Assembly: GCA_964035545.1 (NCBI GenBank)
Contig: OZ037768.1
Coordinates: forward strand, 11,254,741-11,318,740
Direction of reading: 5' to 3'
Source: Bugula neritina
Lineage: Eukaryota; Animalia; Bryozoa
DNA length: 64,000 nucleotides
Positions 38,874-52,956 of this stretch are shown here, one piece after another. The notes under the pieces are model-generated. The model ran no database searches. It was not told the DNA's origin and saw only the letters and a program-made list of their open reading frames with translations. The translations under genes and the position numbers were made by a program. Every line of letters begins with the position of its first letter. Position 1 is the first letter of the stretch.

Positions 38874-39543
38874 AACAGTGCACCCTTCGCAGCGATACTG
38901 GCTGAAGAATTAGCGGGGCGCGCTCGAGCGTGCAAGCACGTTGGTGATGCAGTGGCTGCAGTGCGCATTGCCTACTCACACTCTGCAGGTCACAACACCA
39001 GTCATGGTATTATTATAGCTTAATGCACAGCAAAGGTTTAAAATAAGCAGGCCTGAGAGGGGGCAAGACGAGAGTCGCGACACCACGGCACACAACTGGA
39101 GAGTTGCGCAAAATCTCCGCGTCACATTCGTGTGACTTTCAGGATGTGTGCTGTAGCATTGATTGAGATGAGTTTTGAAAGCATTTGCACATGTATATCA
39201 GGCAATTTAATTTTGGAATTATTTCAACACTGCATTAGAGTTGATTAAATAAAATATTATTCTTGAGAAAGTCTTAAACAATTCTTTTTTGGAATTTGTG
39301 AAGCCATGCATCAGAAGAAAATCAAAAAGAATTTCAAAAATAAAAACATGTAATAAAAAGCAAGAATGATATAATATAATATTATTTTTTGGAAAGGAAT
39401 GTTAAATATTCCATTTGAGTTAGTGTGTTGAAAAACATTTCACATCAGCAAGTTGGAAGAAATAATATTCAAGTAACTGATCATAATATTACTATTGCGT
39501 GTTGCTAATGTTTTTGTGTTTGAGGAGAGAAAAAAGAAAAAAA

Positions 39544-39662
39544 AGTCTACAGCACCTGGTATTCCCAGGCGGTCACCCATCCAAGTACTAACCAGGCTCG
39601 ACGTTGCTTAGCTTCAGTGATCGGACGAGAACTGGCGTTTTCAACGTGATATGGCCGTAGAC
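39544..39662 (-). rRNA. 5S rRNA (copy 51)
   Basis: Matches copy 1. Confidence 0.98.
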
Positions 39663-40332
39663 AACAGTGCACCCTTCGCAGCGATACTGGCTGAAGAATT
39701 AGCGGGGCGCGCTCGAGCGTGCAAGCACGTTGGTGATGCAGTGGCTGCAGTGCGCATTGCCTACTCACACTCTGCAGGTCACAACACCAGTCATGATATT
39801 ATTATAGCTTAATGCACAGCAAAGGTTTAAAATAAGCAGGCCTGAGAGGGGGCAAGACGAGAGTCGCGACACCACGGCACACAACTGGAGAGTTGCGCAA
39901 AATCTCCGCGTCACATTCGTGTGACTTTCAGGATGTGTGCTGTAGCATTGATTGAGATGAGTTTTGAAAGCATTTGCACATGTATATCAGGCAATTTAAT
40001 TTTGGAATTATTTCAACACTGCATTAGAGTTGATTAAATAAAATATTATTCTTGAGAAAGTCTTAAACAATTCTTTTTTGGAATTTGTGAAGCCATGCAT
40101 CAGAAGAAATTCAAAAAGAATTTCAAAAATAAAAATATGTAATAAAAAGCAAGAATGATATAATATAATATTATTTTTTGGAAAGGAATGTTGAATATTC
40201 CATTTGAGTTAGTGTGTTGAAAAACATTTCACATCAGCAAGTTGGAAGAAATATTATTCGAGTAACTGATCATAATATTACTATTGCGTGTTGCTAATGT
40301 TTTTGTGTTTGAGGAGAGAAAAAAGAAAAAAA

Positions 40333-40451
40333 AGTCTACAGCACCTGGTATTCCCAGGCGGTCACCCATCCAAGTACTAACCAGGCTCGACGTTGCTTAG
40401 CTTCAGTGATCGGACGAGAACTGGCGTTTTCAACGTGATATGGCCGTAGAC
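40333..40451 (-). rRNA. 5S rRNA (copy 52)
   Basis: Matches copy 1. Confidence 0.98.
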
Positions 40452-41121
40452 AACAGTGCACCCTTCGCAGCGATACTGGCTGAAGAATTAGCGGGGCGCG
40501 CTCGAGCGTGCAAGCACGTTGGTGATGCAGTGGCTGCAGTGCGCATTGCCTACTCACACTCTGCAGGTCACAACACCAGTCATGATATTATTATAGCTTA
40601 ATGCACAGCAAAGGTTTAAAATAAGCAGGCCTGAGAGGGGGCAAGACGAGAGTCGCGACACCACGGCACACAACTGGAGAGTTGCGCAAAATCTCCGCGT
40701 CACATTCGTGTGACTTTCAGGATGTGTGCTGTAGCATTGATTGAGATGAGTTTTGAAAGCATTTGCACATGTATATCAGGCAATTTAATTTTGGAATTAT
40801 TTCAACACTGCATTAGAGTTGATTAAATAAAATATTATTCTTGAGAAAGTCTTAAACAATTCTTTTTTGGAATTTGTGAAGCCATGCATCAGAAGAAATT
40901 CAAAAAGAATTTCAAAAATAAAAACATGTAATAAAAAGCAAGAATGATATAATATAATATTATTTTTTGGAAAGGAATGTTAAATATTCCATTTGAGTTA
41001 GTGTGTTGAAAAACATTTCACATCAGCAAGTTGGAAGAAATAATATTCGAGTAACTGATCATAATATTACTATTGCGTGTTGCTAATGTTTTTGTGTTTG
41101 AGGAGAGAAAAAAGAAAAAAA

Positions 41122-41240
41122 AGTCTACAGCACCTGGTATTCCCAGGCGGTCACCCATCCAAGTACTAACCAGGCTCGACGTTGCTTAGCTTCAGTGATC
41201 GGACGAGAACTGGCGTTTTCAACGTGATATGGCCGTAGAC
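41122..41240 (-). rRNA. 5S rRNA (copy 53)
   Basis: Matches copy 1. Confidence 0.98.
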
Positions 41241-41910
41241 AACAGTGCACCCTTCGCAGCGATACTGGCTGAAGAATTAGCGGGGCGCGCTCGAGCGTGC
41301 AAGCACGTTGGTGATGCAGTGGCTGCAGTGCGCATTGCCTACTCACACTCTGCAGGTCACAACACCAGTCATGGTATTATTATAGCTTAATGCACAGCAA
41401 AGGTTTAAAATAAGCAGGCCTGAGAGGGGGCAAGACGAGAGTCGCGACACCACGGCACACAACTGGAGAGTTGCGCAAAATCTCCGCGTCACATTCGTGT
41501 GACTTTCAGGATGTGTGCTGTAGCTTTGATTGAGATGAGTTTTGAAAGCATTTGCACATGTATATCAGGCAATTTAATTTTGGAATTATTTCAACACTGC
41601 ATTAGAGTTGATTAAATAAAATATTATTCTTGAGAAAGTCTTAAACAATTCTTTTTTGGAATTTGTGAAGCCATGCATCAGAAGAAAATCAAAAAGAATT
41701 TCAAAAATAAAAACATGTAATAAAAAGCAAGAATGATATAATATAATATTATTTTTTGGAAAGGAATGTTAAATATTCCATTTGAGTTAGTGTGTTGAAA
41801 AACATTTCACATCAGCAAGTTGGAAGAAATAATATTCAAGTAACTGATCATAATATTACTATTGCGTGTTGCTAATGTTTTTGTGTTTGAGGAGAGAAAA
41901 AAGAAAAAAA

Positions 41911-42029
41911 AGTCTACAGCACCTGGTATTCCCAGGCGGTCACCCATCCAAGTACTAACCAGGCTCGACGTTGCTTAGCTTCAGTGATCGGACGAGAACT
42001 GGCGTTTTCAACGTGATATGGCCGTAGAC
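41911..42029 (-). rRNA. 5S rRNA (copy 54)
   Basis: Matches copy 1. Confidence 0.98.
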
Positions 42030-42699
42030 AACAGTGCACCCTTCGCAGCGATACTGGCTGAAGAATTAGCGGGGCGCGCTCGAGCGTGCAAGCACGTTGG
42101 TGATGCAGTGGCTGCAGTGCGCATTGCCTACTCACACTCTGCAGGTCACAACACCAGTCATGATATTATTATAGCTTAATGCACAGCAAAGGTTTAAAAT
42201 AAGCAGGCCTGAGAGGGGGCAAGACGAGAGTCGCGACACCACGGCACACAACTGGAGAGTTGCGCAAAATCTCCGCGTCACATTCGTGTGACTTTCAGGA
42301 TGTGTGCTGTAGCATTGATTGAGATGAGTTTTGAAAGCATTTGCACATGTATATCAGGCAATTTAATTTTGGAATTATTTCAACACTGCATTAGAGTTGA
42401 TTAAATAAAATATTATTCTTGAGAATGTCTTAAACAATTCTTTTTTGGAATTTGTGAAGCCATGCATCAGAAGAAATTCAAAAAGAATTTCAAAAATAAA
42501 AACATGTAATAAAAAGCAAGAATGATATAATATAATATTATTTTTTGGAAAGGAATGTTAAATATTCCATTTGAGTTAGTGTGTTGAAAAACATTTCACA
42601 TCAGCAAGTTGGAAGAAACAATATTCGAGTAACTGATCATAATATTACTATTGCGTGTTGCTAATGTTTTTGTGTTTGAGGAGAGAAAAAAGAAAAAAA

Positions 42700-42818
42700 A
42701 GTCTACAGCACCTGGTATTCCCAGGCGGTCACCCATCCAAGTACCAACCAGGCTCGACGTTGCTTAGCTTCAGTGATCGGACGAGAACTGGCGTTTTCAA
42801 CGTGATATGGCCGTAGAC
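42700..42818 (-). rRNA. 5S rRNA (copy 55, A74G variant)
   Basis: Matches copy 1 except at 42745. Confidence 0.97.
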
Positions 42819-43488
42819 AACAGTGCACCCTTCGCAGCGATACTGGCTGAAGAATTAGCGGGGCGCGCTCGAGCGTGCAAGCACGTTGGTGATGCAGTGG
42901 CTGCAGTGCGCATTGCCTACTCACACTCTGCAGGTCACAACACCAGTCATGATATTATTATAGCTTAATGCACAGCAAAGGTTTAAAATAAGCAGGCCTG
43001 AGAGGGGGCAAGACGAGAGTCGCGACACCACGGCACACAACTGGAGAGTTGCGCAAAATCTCCGCGTCACATTCGTGTGACTTTCAGGATGTGTGCTGTA
43101 GCATTGATTGAGATGAGTTTTGAAAGCATTTGCACATGTATATCAGGCAATTTAATTTTGGAATTATTTCAACACTGCATTAGAGTTGATTAAATAAAAT
43201 ATTATTCTTGAGAATGTCTTAAACAATTCTTTTTTGGAATTTGTGAAGCCATGCATCAGAAGAAATTCAAAAAGAATTTCAAAAATACAAACATGTAATA
43301 AAAAGCAAGAATGATATAATATAATATTATTTTTTGGAAAGGAATGTTAAATATTCCATTTGAGTTAGTGTGTTGAAAAACATTTCACATCAGCAAGTTG
43401 GAAGAAATAATATTCGAGTAACTGATCATAATATTACTATTGCGTGTTGCTAATGTTTTTGTGTTTGAGGAGAGAAAAAAGAAAAAAA

Positions 43489-43607
43489 AGTCTACAGCAC
43501 CTGGTATTCCCAGGCGGTCACCCATCCAAGTACTAACCAGGCTCGACGTTGCTTAGCTTCAGTGATCGGACGAGAACTGGCGTTTTCAACGTGATATGGC
43601 CGTAGAC
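43489..43607 (-). rRNA. 5S rRNA (copy 56)
   Basis: Matches copy 1. Confidence 0.98.
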
Positions 43608-44277
43608 AACAGTGCACCCTTCGCAGCGATACTGGCTGAAGAATTAGCGGGGCGCGCTCGAGCGTGCAAGCACGTTGGTGATGCAGTGGCTGCAGTGCGC
43701 ATTGCCTACTCACACTCTGCAGGTCACAACACCAGTCATGGTATTATTATAGCTTAATGCACAGCAAAGGTTTAAAATAAGCAGGCCTGAGAGGGGGCAA
43801 GACGAGAGTCGCGACACCACGGCACACAACTGGAGAGTTGCGCAAAATCTCCGCGTCACATTCGTGTGACTTTCAGGATGTGTGCTGTAGCATTGATTGA
43901 GATGAGTTTTGAAAGCATTTGCACATGTATATCAGGCAATTTAATTTTGGAATTATTTCAACACTGCATTAGAGTTGATTAAATAAAATATTATTCTTGA
44001 GAAAGTCTTAAACAATTCTTTTTTGGAATTTGTGAAGCCATGCATCAGAAGAAAATCAAAAAGAATTTCAAAAATAAAAACATGTAATAAAAAGCAAGAA
44101 TGATATAATATAATATTATTTTTTGGAAAGGAATGTTAAATATTCCATTTGAGTTAGTGTGTTGAAAAACATTTCACATCAGCAAGTTGGAAGAAATAAT
44201 ATTCAAGTAACTGATCATAATATTACTATTGCGTGTTGCTAATGTTTTTGTGTTTGAGGAGAGAAAAAAGAAAAAAA

Positions 44278-44396
44278 AGTCTACAGCACCTGGTATTCCC
44301 AGGCGGTCACCCATCCAAGTACTAACCAGGCTCGACGTTGCTTAGCTTCAGTGATCGGACGAGAACTGGCGTTTTCAACGTGATATGGCCGTAGAC
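44278..44396 (-). rRNA. 5S rRNA (copy 57)
   Basis: Matches copy 1. Confidence 0.98.
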
Positions 44397-45066
44397 AACA
44401 GTGCACCCTTCGCAGCGATACTGGCTGAAGAATTAGCGGGGCGCGCTCGAGCGTGCAAGCACGTTGGTGATGCAGTGGCTGCAGTGCGCATTGCCTACTC
44501 ACACTCTGCAGGTCACAACACCAGTCATGATATTATTATAGCTTAATGCACAGCAAAGGTTTAAAATAAGCAGGCCTGAGAGGGGGCAAGACGAGAGTCG
44601 CGACACCACGGCACACAACTGGAGAGTTGCGCAAAATCTCCGCGTCACATTCGTGTGACTTTCAGGATGTGTGCTGTAGCATTGATTGAGATGAGTTTTG
44701 AAAGCATTTGCACATGTATATCAGGCAATTTAATTTTGGAATTATTTCAACACTGCATTAGAGTTGATTAAATAAAATATTATTCTTGAGAAAGTCTTAA
44801 ACAATTCTTTTTTGGAATTTGTGAAGCCATGCATCAGAAGAAATTCAAAAAGAATTTCAAAAATAAAAATATGTAATAAAAAGCAAGAATGATATAATAT
44901 AATATTATTTTTTGGAAAGGAATGTTGAATATTCCATTTGAGTTAGTGTGTTGAAAAACATTTCACATCAGCAAGTTGGAAGAAATATTATTCGAGTAAC
45001 TGATCATAATATTACTATTGCGTGTTGCTAATGTTTTTGTGTTTGAGGAGAGAAAAAAGAAAAAAA

Positions 45067-45185
45067 AGTCTACAGCACCTGGTATTCCCAGGCGGTCACC
45101 CATCCAAGTACTAACCAGGCTCGACGTTGCTTAGCTTCAGTGATCGGACGAGAACTGGCGTTTTCAACGTGATATGGCCGTAGAC
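45067..45185 (-). rRNA. 5S rRNA (copy 58)
   Basis: Matches copy 1. Confidence 0.98.
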
Positions 45186-45855
45186 AACAGTGCACCCTTC
45201 GCAGCGATACTGGCTGAAGAATTAGCGGGGCGCGCTCGAGCGTGCAAGCACGTTGGTGATGCAGTGGCTGCAGTGCGCATTGCCTACTCACACTCTGCAG
45301 GTCACAACACCAGTCATGATATTATTATAGCTTAATGCACAGCAAAGGTTTAAAATAAGCAGGCCTGAGAGGGGGCAAGACGAGAGTCGCGACACCACGG
45401 CACACAACTGGAGAGTTGCGCAAAATCTCCGCGTCACATTCGTGTGACTTTCAGGATGTGTGCTGTAGCATTGATTGAGATGAGTTTTGAAAGCATTTGC
45501 ACATGTATATCAGGCAATTTAATTTTGGAATTATTTCAACACTGCATTAGAGTTGATTAAATAAAATATTATTCTTGAGAAAGTCTTAAACAATTCTTTT
45601 TTGGAATTTGTGAAGCCATGCATCAGAAGAAATTCAAAAAGAATTTCAAAAATAAAAACATGTAATAAAAAGCAAGAATGATATAATATAATATTATTTT
45701 TTGGAAAGGAATGTTAAATATTCCATTTGAGTTAGTGTGTTGAAAAACATTTCACATCAGCAAGTTGGAAGAAATAATATTCGAGTAACTGATCATAATA
45801 TTACTATTGCGTGTTGCTAATGTTTTTGTGTTTGAGGAGAGAAAAAAGAAAAAAA

Positions 45856-45974
45856 AGTCTACAGCACCTGGTATTCCCAGGCGGTCACCCATCCAAGTAC
45901 CAACCAGGCTCGACGTTGCTTAGCTTCAGTGATCGGACGAGAACTGGCGTTTTCAACGTGATATGGCCGTAGAC
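45856..45974 (-). rRNA. 5S rRNA (copy 59, A74G variant)
   Basis: Matches copy 1 except at 45901. Confidence 0.97.
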
Positions 45975-46644
45975 AACAGTGCACCCTTCGCAGCGATACT
46001 GGCTGAAGAATTAGCGGGGCGCGCTCGAGCGTGCAAGCACGTTGGTGATGCAGTGGCTGCAGTGCGCATTGCCTACTCACACTCTGCAGGTCACAACACC
46101 AGTCATGATATTATTATAGCTTAATGCACAGCAAAGGTTTAAAATAAGCAGGCCTGAGAGGGGGCAAGACGAGAGTCGCGACACCACGGCACACAACTGG
46201 AGAGTTGCGCAAAATCTCCGCGTCACATTCGTGTGACTTTCAGGATGTGTGCTGTAGCATTGATTGAGATGAGTTTTGAAAGCATTTGCACATGTATATC
46301 AGGCAATTTAATTTTGGAATTATTTCAACACTGCATTAGAGTTGATTAAATAAAATATTATTCTTGAGAAAGTCTTAAACAATTCTTTTTTGGAATTTGT
46401 GAAGCCATGCATCAGAAGAAAATCAAAAAGAATTTCAAAAATAAAAACATGTAATAAAAAGCAAGAATGATATAATATAATATTATTTTTTGGAAAGGAA
46501 TGTTAAATATTCCATTTGAGTTAGTGTGTTGAAAAACATTTCACATCAGCAAGTTGGAAGAAATAATATTCAAGTAACTGATCATAATATTACTATTGCG
46601 TGTTGCTAATGTTTTTGTGTTTGAGGAGAGAAAAAAGAAAAAAA

Positions 46645-46763
46645 AGTCTACAGCACCTGGTATTCCCAGGCGGTCACCCATCCAAGTACTAACCAGGCTC
46701 GACGTTGCTTAGCTTCAGTGATCGGACGAGAACTGGCGTTTTCAACGTGATATGGCCGTAGAC
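46645..46763 (-). rRNA. 5S rRNA (copy 60)
   Basis: Matches copy 1. Confidence 0.98.
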
Positions 46764-47433
46764 AACAGTGCACCCTTCGCAGCGATACTGGCTGAAGAAT
46801 TAGCGGGGCGCGCTCGAGCGTGCAAGCACGTTGGTGATGCAGTGGCTGCAGTGCGCATTGCCTACTCACACTCTGCAGGTCACAACACCAGTCATGATAT
46901 TATTATAGCTTAATGCACAGCAAAGGTTTAAAATAAGCAGGCCTGAGAGGGGGCAAGACGAGAGTCGCGACACCACGGCACACAACTGGAGAGTTGCGCA
47001 AAATCTCCGCGTCACATTCGTGTGACTTTCAGGATGTGTGCTGTAGCATTGATTGAGATGAGTTTTGAAAGCATTTGCACATGTATATCAGGCAATTTAA
47101 TTTTGGAATTATTTCAACACTGCATTAGAGTTGATTAAATAAAATATTATTCTTGAGAAAGTCTTAAACAATTCTTTTTTGGAATTTGTGAAGCCATGCA
47201 TCAGAAGAAATTCAAAAAGAATTTCAAAAATAAAAATATGTAATAAAAAGCAAGAATGATATAATATAATATTATTTTTTGGAAAGGAATGTTGAATATT
47301 CCATTTGAGTTAGTGTGTTGAAAAACATTTCACATCAGCAAGTTGGAAGAAATATTATTCGAGTAACTGATCATAATATTACTATTGCGTGTTGCTAATG
47401 TTTTTGTGTTTGAGGAGAGAAAAAAGAAAAAAA

Positions 47434-47552
47434 AGTCTACAGCACCTGGTATTCCCAGGCGGTCACCCATCCAAGTACTAACCAGGCTCGACGTTGCTTA
47501 GCTTCAGTGATCGGACGAGAACTGGCGTTTTCAACGTGATATGGCCGTAGAC
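47434..47552 (-). rRNA. 5S rRNA (copy 61)
   Basis: Matches copy 1. Confidence 0.98.
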
Positions 47553-48222
47553 AACAGTGCACCCTTCGCAGCGATACTGGCTGAAGAATTAGCGGGGCGC
47601 GCTCGAGCGTGCAAGCACGTTGGTGATGCAGTGGCTGCAGTGCGCATTGCCTACTCACACTCTGCAGGTCACAACACCAGTCATGATATTATTATAGCTT
47701 AATGCACAGCAAAGGTTTAAAATAAGCAGGCCTGAGAGGGGGCAAGACGAGAGTCGCGACACCACGGCACACAACTGGAGAGTTGCGCAAAATCTCCGCG
47801 TCACATTCGTGTGACTTTCAGGATGTGTGCTGTAGCATTGATTGAGATGAGTTTTGAAAGCATTTGCACATGTATATCAGGCAATTTAATTTTGGAATTA
47901 TTTCAACACTGCATTAGAGTTGATTAAATAAAATATTATTCTTGAGAAAGTCTTAAACAATTCTTTTTTGGAATTTGTGAAGCCATGCATCAGAAGAAAT
48001 TCAAAAAGAATTTCAAAAATAAAAACATGTAATAAAAAGCAAGAATGATATAATATAATATTATTTTTTGGAAAGGAATGTTAAATATTCCATTTGAGTT
48101 AGTGTGTTGAAAAACATTTCACATCAGCAAGTTGGAAGAAATAATATTCGAGTAACTGATCATAATATTACTATTGCGTGTTGCTAATGTTTTTGTGTTT
48201 GAGGAGAGAAAAAAGAAAAAAA

Positions 48223-48341
48223 AGTCTACAGCACCTGGTATTCCCAGGCGGTCACCCATCCAAGTACTAACCAGGCTCGACGTTGCTTAGCTTCAGTGAT
48301 CGGACGAGAACTGGCGTTTTCAACGTGATATGGCCGTAGAC
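48223..48341 (-). rRNA. 5S rRNA (copy 62)
   Basis: Matches copy 1. Confidence 0.98.
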
Positions 48342-49011
48342 AACAGTGCACCCTTCGCAGCGATACTGGCTGAAGAATTAGCGGGGCGCGCTCGAGCGTG
48401 CAAGCACGTTGGTGATGCAGTGGCTGCAGTGCGCATTGCCTACTCACACTCTGCAGGTCACAACACCAGTCATGGTATTATTATAGCTTAATGCACAGCA
48501 AAGGTTTAAAATAAGCAGGCCTGAGAGGGGGCAAGACGAGAGTCGCGACACCACGGCACACAACTGGAGAGTTGCGCAAAATCTCCGCGTCACATTCGTG
48601 TGACTTTCAGGATGTGTGCTGTAGCTTTGATTGAGATGAGTTTTGAAAGCATTTGCACATGTATATCAGGCAATTTAATTTTGGAATTATTTCAACACTG
48701 CATTAGAGTTGATTAAATAAAATATTATTCTTGAGAAAGTCTTAAACAATTCTTTTTTGGAATTTGTGAAGCCATGCATCAGAAGAAAATCAAAAAGAAT
48801 TTCAAAAATAAAAACATGTAATAAAAAGCAAGAATGATATAATATAATATTATTTTTTGGAAAGGAATGTTAAATATTCCATTTGAGTTAGTGTGTTGAA
48901 AAACATTTCACATCAGCAAGTTGGAAGAAATAATATTCAAGTAACTGATCATAATATTACTATTGCGTGTTGCTAATGTTTTTGTGTTTGAGGAGAGAAA
49001 AAAGAAAAAAA

Positions 49012-49130
49012 AGTCTACAGCACCTGGTATTCCCAGGCGGTCACCCATCCAAGTACTAACCAGGCTCGACGTTGCTTAGCTTCAGTGATCGGACGAGAAC
49101 TGGCGTTTTCAACGTGATATGGCCGTAGAC
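49012..49130 (-). rRNA. 5S rRNA (copy 63)
   Basis: Matches copy 1. Confidence 0.98.
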
Positions 49131-49800
49131 AACAGTGCACCCTTCGCAGCGATACTGGCTGAAGAATTAGCGGGGCGCGCTCGAGCGTGCAAGCACGTTG
49201 GTGATGCAGTGGCTGCAGTGCGCATTGCCTACTCACACTCTGCAGGTCACAACACCAGTCATGATATTATTATAGCTTAATGCACAGCAAAGGTTTAAAA
49301 TAAGCAGGCCTGAGAGGGGGCAAGACGAGAGTCGCGACACCACGGCACACAACTGGAGAGTTGCGCAAAATCTCCGCGTCACATTCGTGTGACTTTCAGG
49401 ATGTGTGCTGTAGCATTGATTGAGATGAGTTTTGAAAGCATTTGCACATGTATATCAGGCAATTTAATTTTGGAATTATTTCAACACTGCATTAGAGTTG
49501 ATTAAATAAAATATTATTCTTGAGAATGTCTTAAACAATTCTTTTTTGGAATTTGTGAAGCCATGCATCAGAAGAAATTCAAAAAGAATTTCAAAAATAA
49601 AAACATGTAATAAAAAGCAAGAATGATATAATATAATATTATTTTTTGGAAAGGAATGTTAAATATTCCATTTGAGTTAGTGTGTTGAAAAACATTTCAC
49701 ATCAGCAAGTTGGAAGAAACAATATTCGAGTAACTGATCATAATATTACTATTGCGTGTTGCTAATGTTTTTGTGTTTGAGGAGAGAAAAAAGAAAAAAA

Positions 49801-49919
49801 AGTCTACAGCACCTGGTATTCCCAGGCGGTCACCCATCCAAGTACCAACCAGGCTCGACGTTGCTTAGCTTCAGTGATCGGACGAGAACTGGCGTTTTCA
49901 ACGTGATATGGCCGTAGAC
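49801..49919 (-). rRNA. 5S rRNA (copy 64, A74G variant)
   Basis: Matches copy 1 except at 49846. Confidence 0.97.
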
Positions 49920-50589
49920 AACAGTGCACCCTTCGCAGCGATACTGGCTGAAGAATTAGCGGGGCGCGCTCGAGCGTGCAAGCACGTTGGTGATGCAGTG
50001 GCTGCAGTGCGCATTGCCTACTCACACTCTGCAGGTCACAACACCAGTCATGATATTATTATAGCTTAATGCACAGCAAAGGTTTAAAATAAGCAGGCCT
50101 GAGAGGGGGCAAGACGAGAGTCGCGACACCACGGCACACAACTGGAGAGTTGCGCAAAATCTCCGCGTCACATTCGTGTGACTTTCAGGATGTGTGCTGT
50201 AGCATTGATTGAGATGAGTTTTGAAAGCATTTGCACATGTATATCAGGCAATTTAATTTTGGAATTATTTCAACACTGCATTAGAGTTGATTAAATAAAA
50301 TATTATTCTTGAGAATGTCTTAAACAATTCTTTTTTGGAATTTGTGAAGCCATGCATCAGAAGAAATTCAAAAAGAATTTCAAAAATACAAACATGTAAT
50401 AAAAAGCAAGAATGATATAATATAATATTATTTTTTGGAAAGGAATGTTAAATATTCCATTTGAGTTAGTGTGTTGAAAAACATTTCACATCAGCAAGTT
50501 GGAAGAAATAATATTCGAGTAACTGATCATAATATTACTATTGCGTGTTGCTAATGTTTTTGTGTTTGAGGAGAGAAAAAAGAAAAAAA

Positions 50590-50708
50590 AGTCTACAGCA
50601 CCTGGTATTCCCAGGCGGTCACCCATCCAAGTACTAACCAGGCTCGACGTTGCTTAGCTTCAGTGATCGGACGAGAACTGGCGTTTTCAACGTGATATGG
50701 CCGTAGAC
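50590..50708 (-). rRNA. 5S rRNA (copy 65)
   Basis: Matches copy 1. Confidence 0.98.
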
Positions 50709-51378
50709 AACAGTGCACCCTTCGCAGCGATACTGGCTGAAGAATTAGCGGGGCGCGCTCGAGCGTGCAAGCACGTTGGTGATGCAGTGGCTGCAGTGCG
50801 CATTGCCTACTCACACTCTGCAGGTCACAACACCAGTCATGGTATTATTATAGCTTAATGCACAGCAAAGGTTTAAAATAAGCAGGCCTGAGAGGGGGCA
50901 AGACGAGAGTCGCGACACCACGGCACACAACTGGAGAGTTGCGCAAAATCTCCGCGTCACATTCGTGTGACTTTCAGGATGTGTGCTGTAGCATTGATTG
51001 AGATGAGTTTTGAAAGCATTTGCACATGTATATCAGGCAATTTAATTTTGGAATTATTTCAACACTGCATTAGAGTTGATTAAATAAAATATTATTCTTG
51101 AGAAAGTCTTAAACAATTCTTTTTTGGAATTTGTGAAGCCATGCATCAGAAGAAAATCAAAAAGAATTTCAAAAATAAAAACATGTAATAAAAAGCAAGA
51201 ATGATATAATATAATATTATTTTTTGGAAAGGAATGTTAAATATTCCATTTGAGTTAGTGTGTTGAAAAACATTTCACATCAGCAAGTTGGAAGAAATAA
51301 TATTCAAGTAACTGATCATAATATTACTATTGCGTGTTGCTAATGTTTTTGTGTTTGAGGAGAGAAAAAAGAAAAAAA

Positions 51379-51497
51379 AGTCTACAGCACCTGGTATTCC
51401 CAGGCGGTCACCCATCCAAGTACTAACCAGGCTCGACGTTGCTTAGCTTCAGTGATCGGACGAGAACTGGCGTTTTCAACGTGATATGGCCGTAGAC
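51379..51497 (-). rRNA. 5S rRNA (copy 66)
   Basis: Matches copy 1. Confidence 0.98.
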
Positions 51498-52167
51498 AAC
51501 AGTGCACCCTTCGCAGCGATACTGGCTGAAGAATTAGCGGGGCGCGCTCGAGCGTGCAAGCACGTTGGTGATGCAGTGGCTGCAGTGCGCATTGCCTACT
51601 CACACTCTGCAGGTCACAACACCAGTCATGATATTATTATAGCTTAATGCACAGCAAAGGTTTAAAATAAGCAGGCCTGAGAGGGGGCAAGACGAGAGTC
51701 GCGACACCACGGCACACAACTGGAGAGTTGCGCAAAATCTCCGCGTCACATTCGTGTGACTTTCAGGATGTGTGCTGTAGCATTGATTGAGATGAGTTTT
51801 GAAAGCATTTGCACATGTATATCAGGCAATTTAATTTTGGAATTATTTCAACACTGCATTAGAGTTGATTAAATAAAATATTATTCTTGAGAAAGTCTTA
51901 AACAATTCTTTTTTGGAATTTGTGAAGCCATGCATCAGAAGAAATTCAAAAAGAATTTCAAAAATAAAAATATGTAATAAAAAGCAAGAATGATATAATA
52001 TAATATTATTTTTTGGAAAGGAATGTTGAATATTCCATTTGAGTTAGTGTGTTGAAAAACATTTCACATCAGCAAGTTGGAAGAAATATTATTCGAGTAA
52101 CTGATCATAATATTACTATTGCGTGTTGCTAATGTTTTTGTGTTTGAGGAGAGAAAAAAGAAAAAAA

Positions 52168-52286
52168 AGTCTACAGCACCTGGTATTCCCAGGCGGTCAC
52201 CCATCCAAGTACTAACCAGGCTCGACGTTGCTTAGCTTCAGTGATCGGACGAGAACTGGCGTTTTCAACGTGATATGGCCGTAGAC
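52168..52286 (-). rRNA. 5S rRNA (copy 67)
   Basis: Matches copy 1. Confidence 0.98.
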
Positions 52287-52956
52287 AACAGTGCACCCTT
52301 CGCAGCGATACTGGCTGAAGAATTAGCGGGGCGCGCTCGAGCGTGCAAGCACGTTGGTGATGCAGTGGCTGCAGTGCGCATTGCCTACTCACACTCTGCA
52401 GGTCACAACACCAGTCATGATATTATTATAGCTTAATGCACAGCAAAGGTTTAAAATAAGCAGGCCTGAGAGGGGGCAAGACGAGAGTCGCGACACCACG
52501 GCACACAACTGGAGAGTTGCGCAAAATCTCCGCGTCACATTCGTGTGACTTTCAGGATGTGTGCTGTAGCATTGATTGAGATGAGTTTTGAAAGCATTTG
52601 CACATGTATATCAGGCAATTTAATTTTGGAATTATTTCAACACTGCATTAGAGTTGATTAAATAAAATATTATTCTTGAGAAAGTCTTAAACAATTCTTT
52701 TTTGGAATTTGTGAAGCCATGCATCAGAAGAAATTCAAAAAGAATTTCAAAAATAAAAACATGTAATAAAAAGCAAGAATGATATAATATAATATTATTT
52801 TTTGGAAAGGAATGTTAAATATTCCATTTGAGTTAGTGTGTTGAAAAACATTTCACATCAGCAAGTTGGAAGAAATAATATTCGAGTAACTGATCATAAT
52901 ATTACTATTGCGTGTTGCTAATGTTTTTGTGTTTGAGGAGAGAAAAAAGAAAAAAA

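Larger units (their letters stand above)
29287..39543. repeat. 5-unit (3945-bp) higher-order repeat, ~2.6 copies
   Basis: Haplotype order of units 38-42 recurs in 43-47 and partly in 48-50. Confidence 0.7.
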
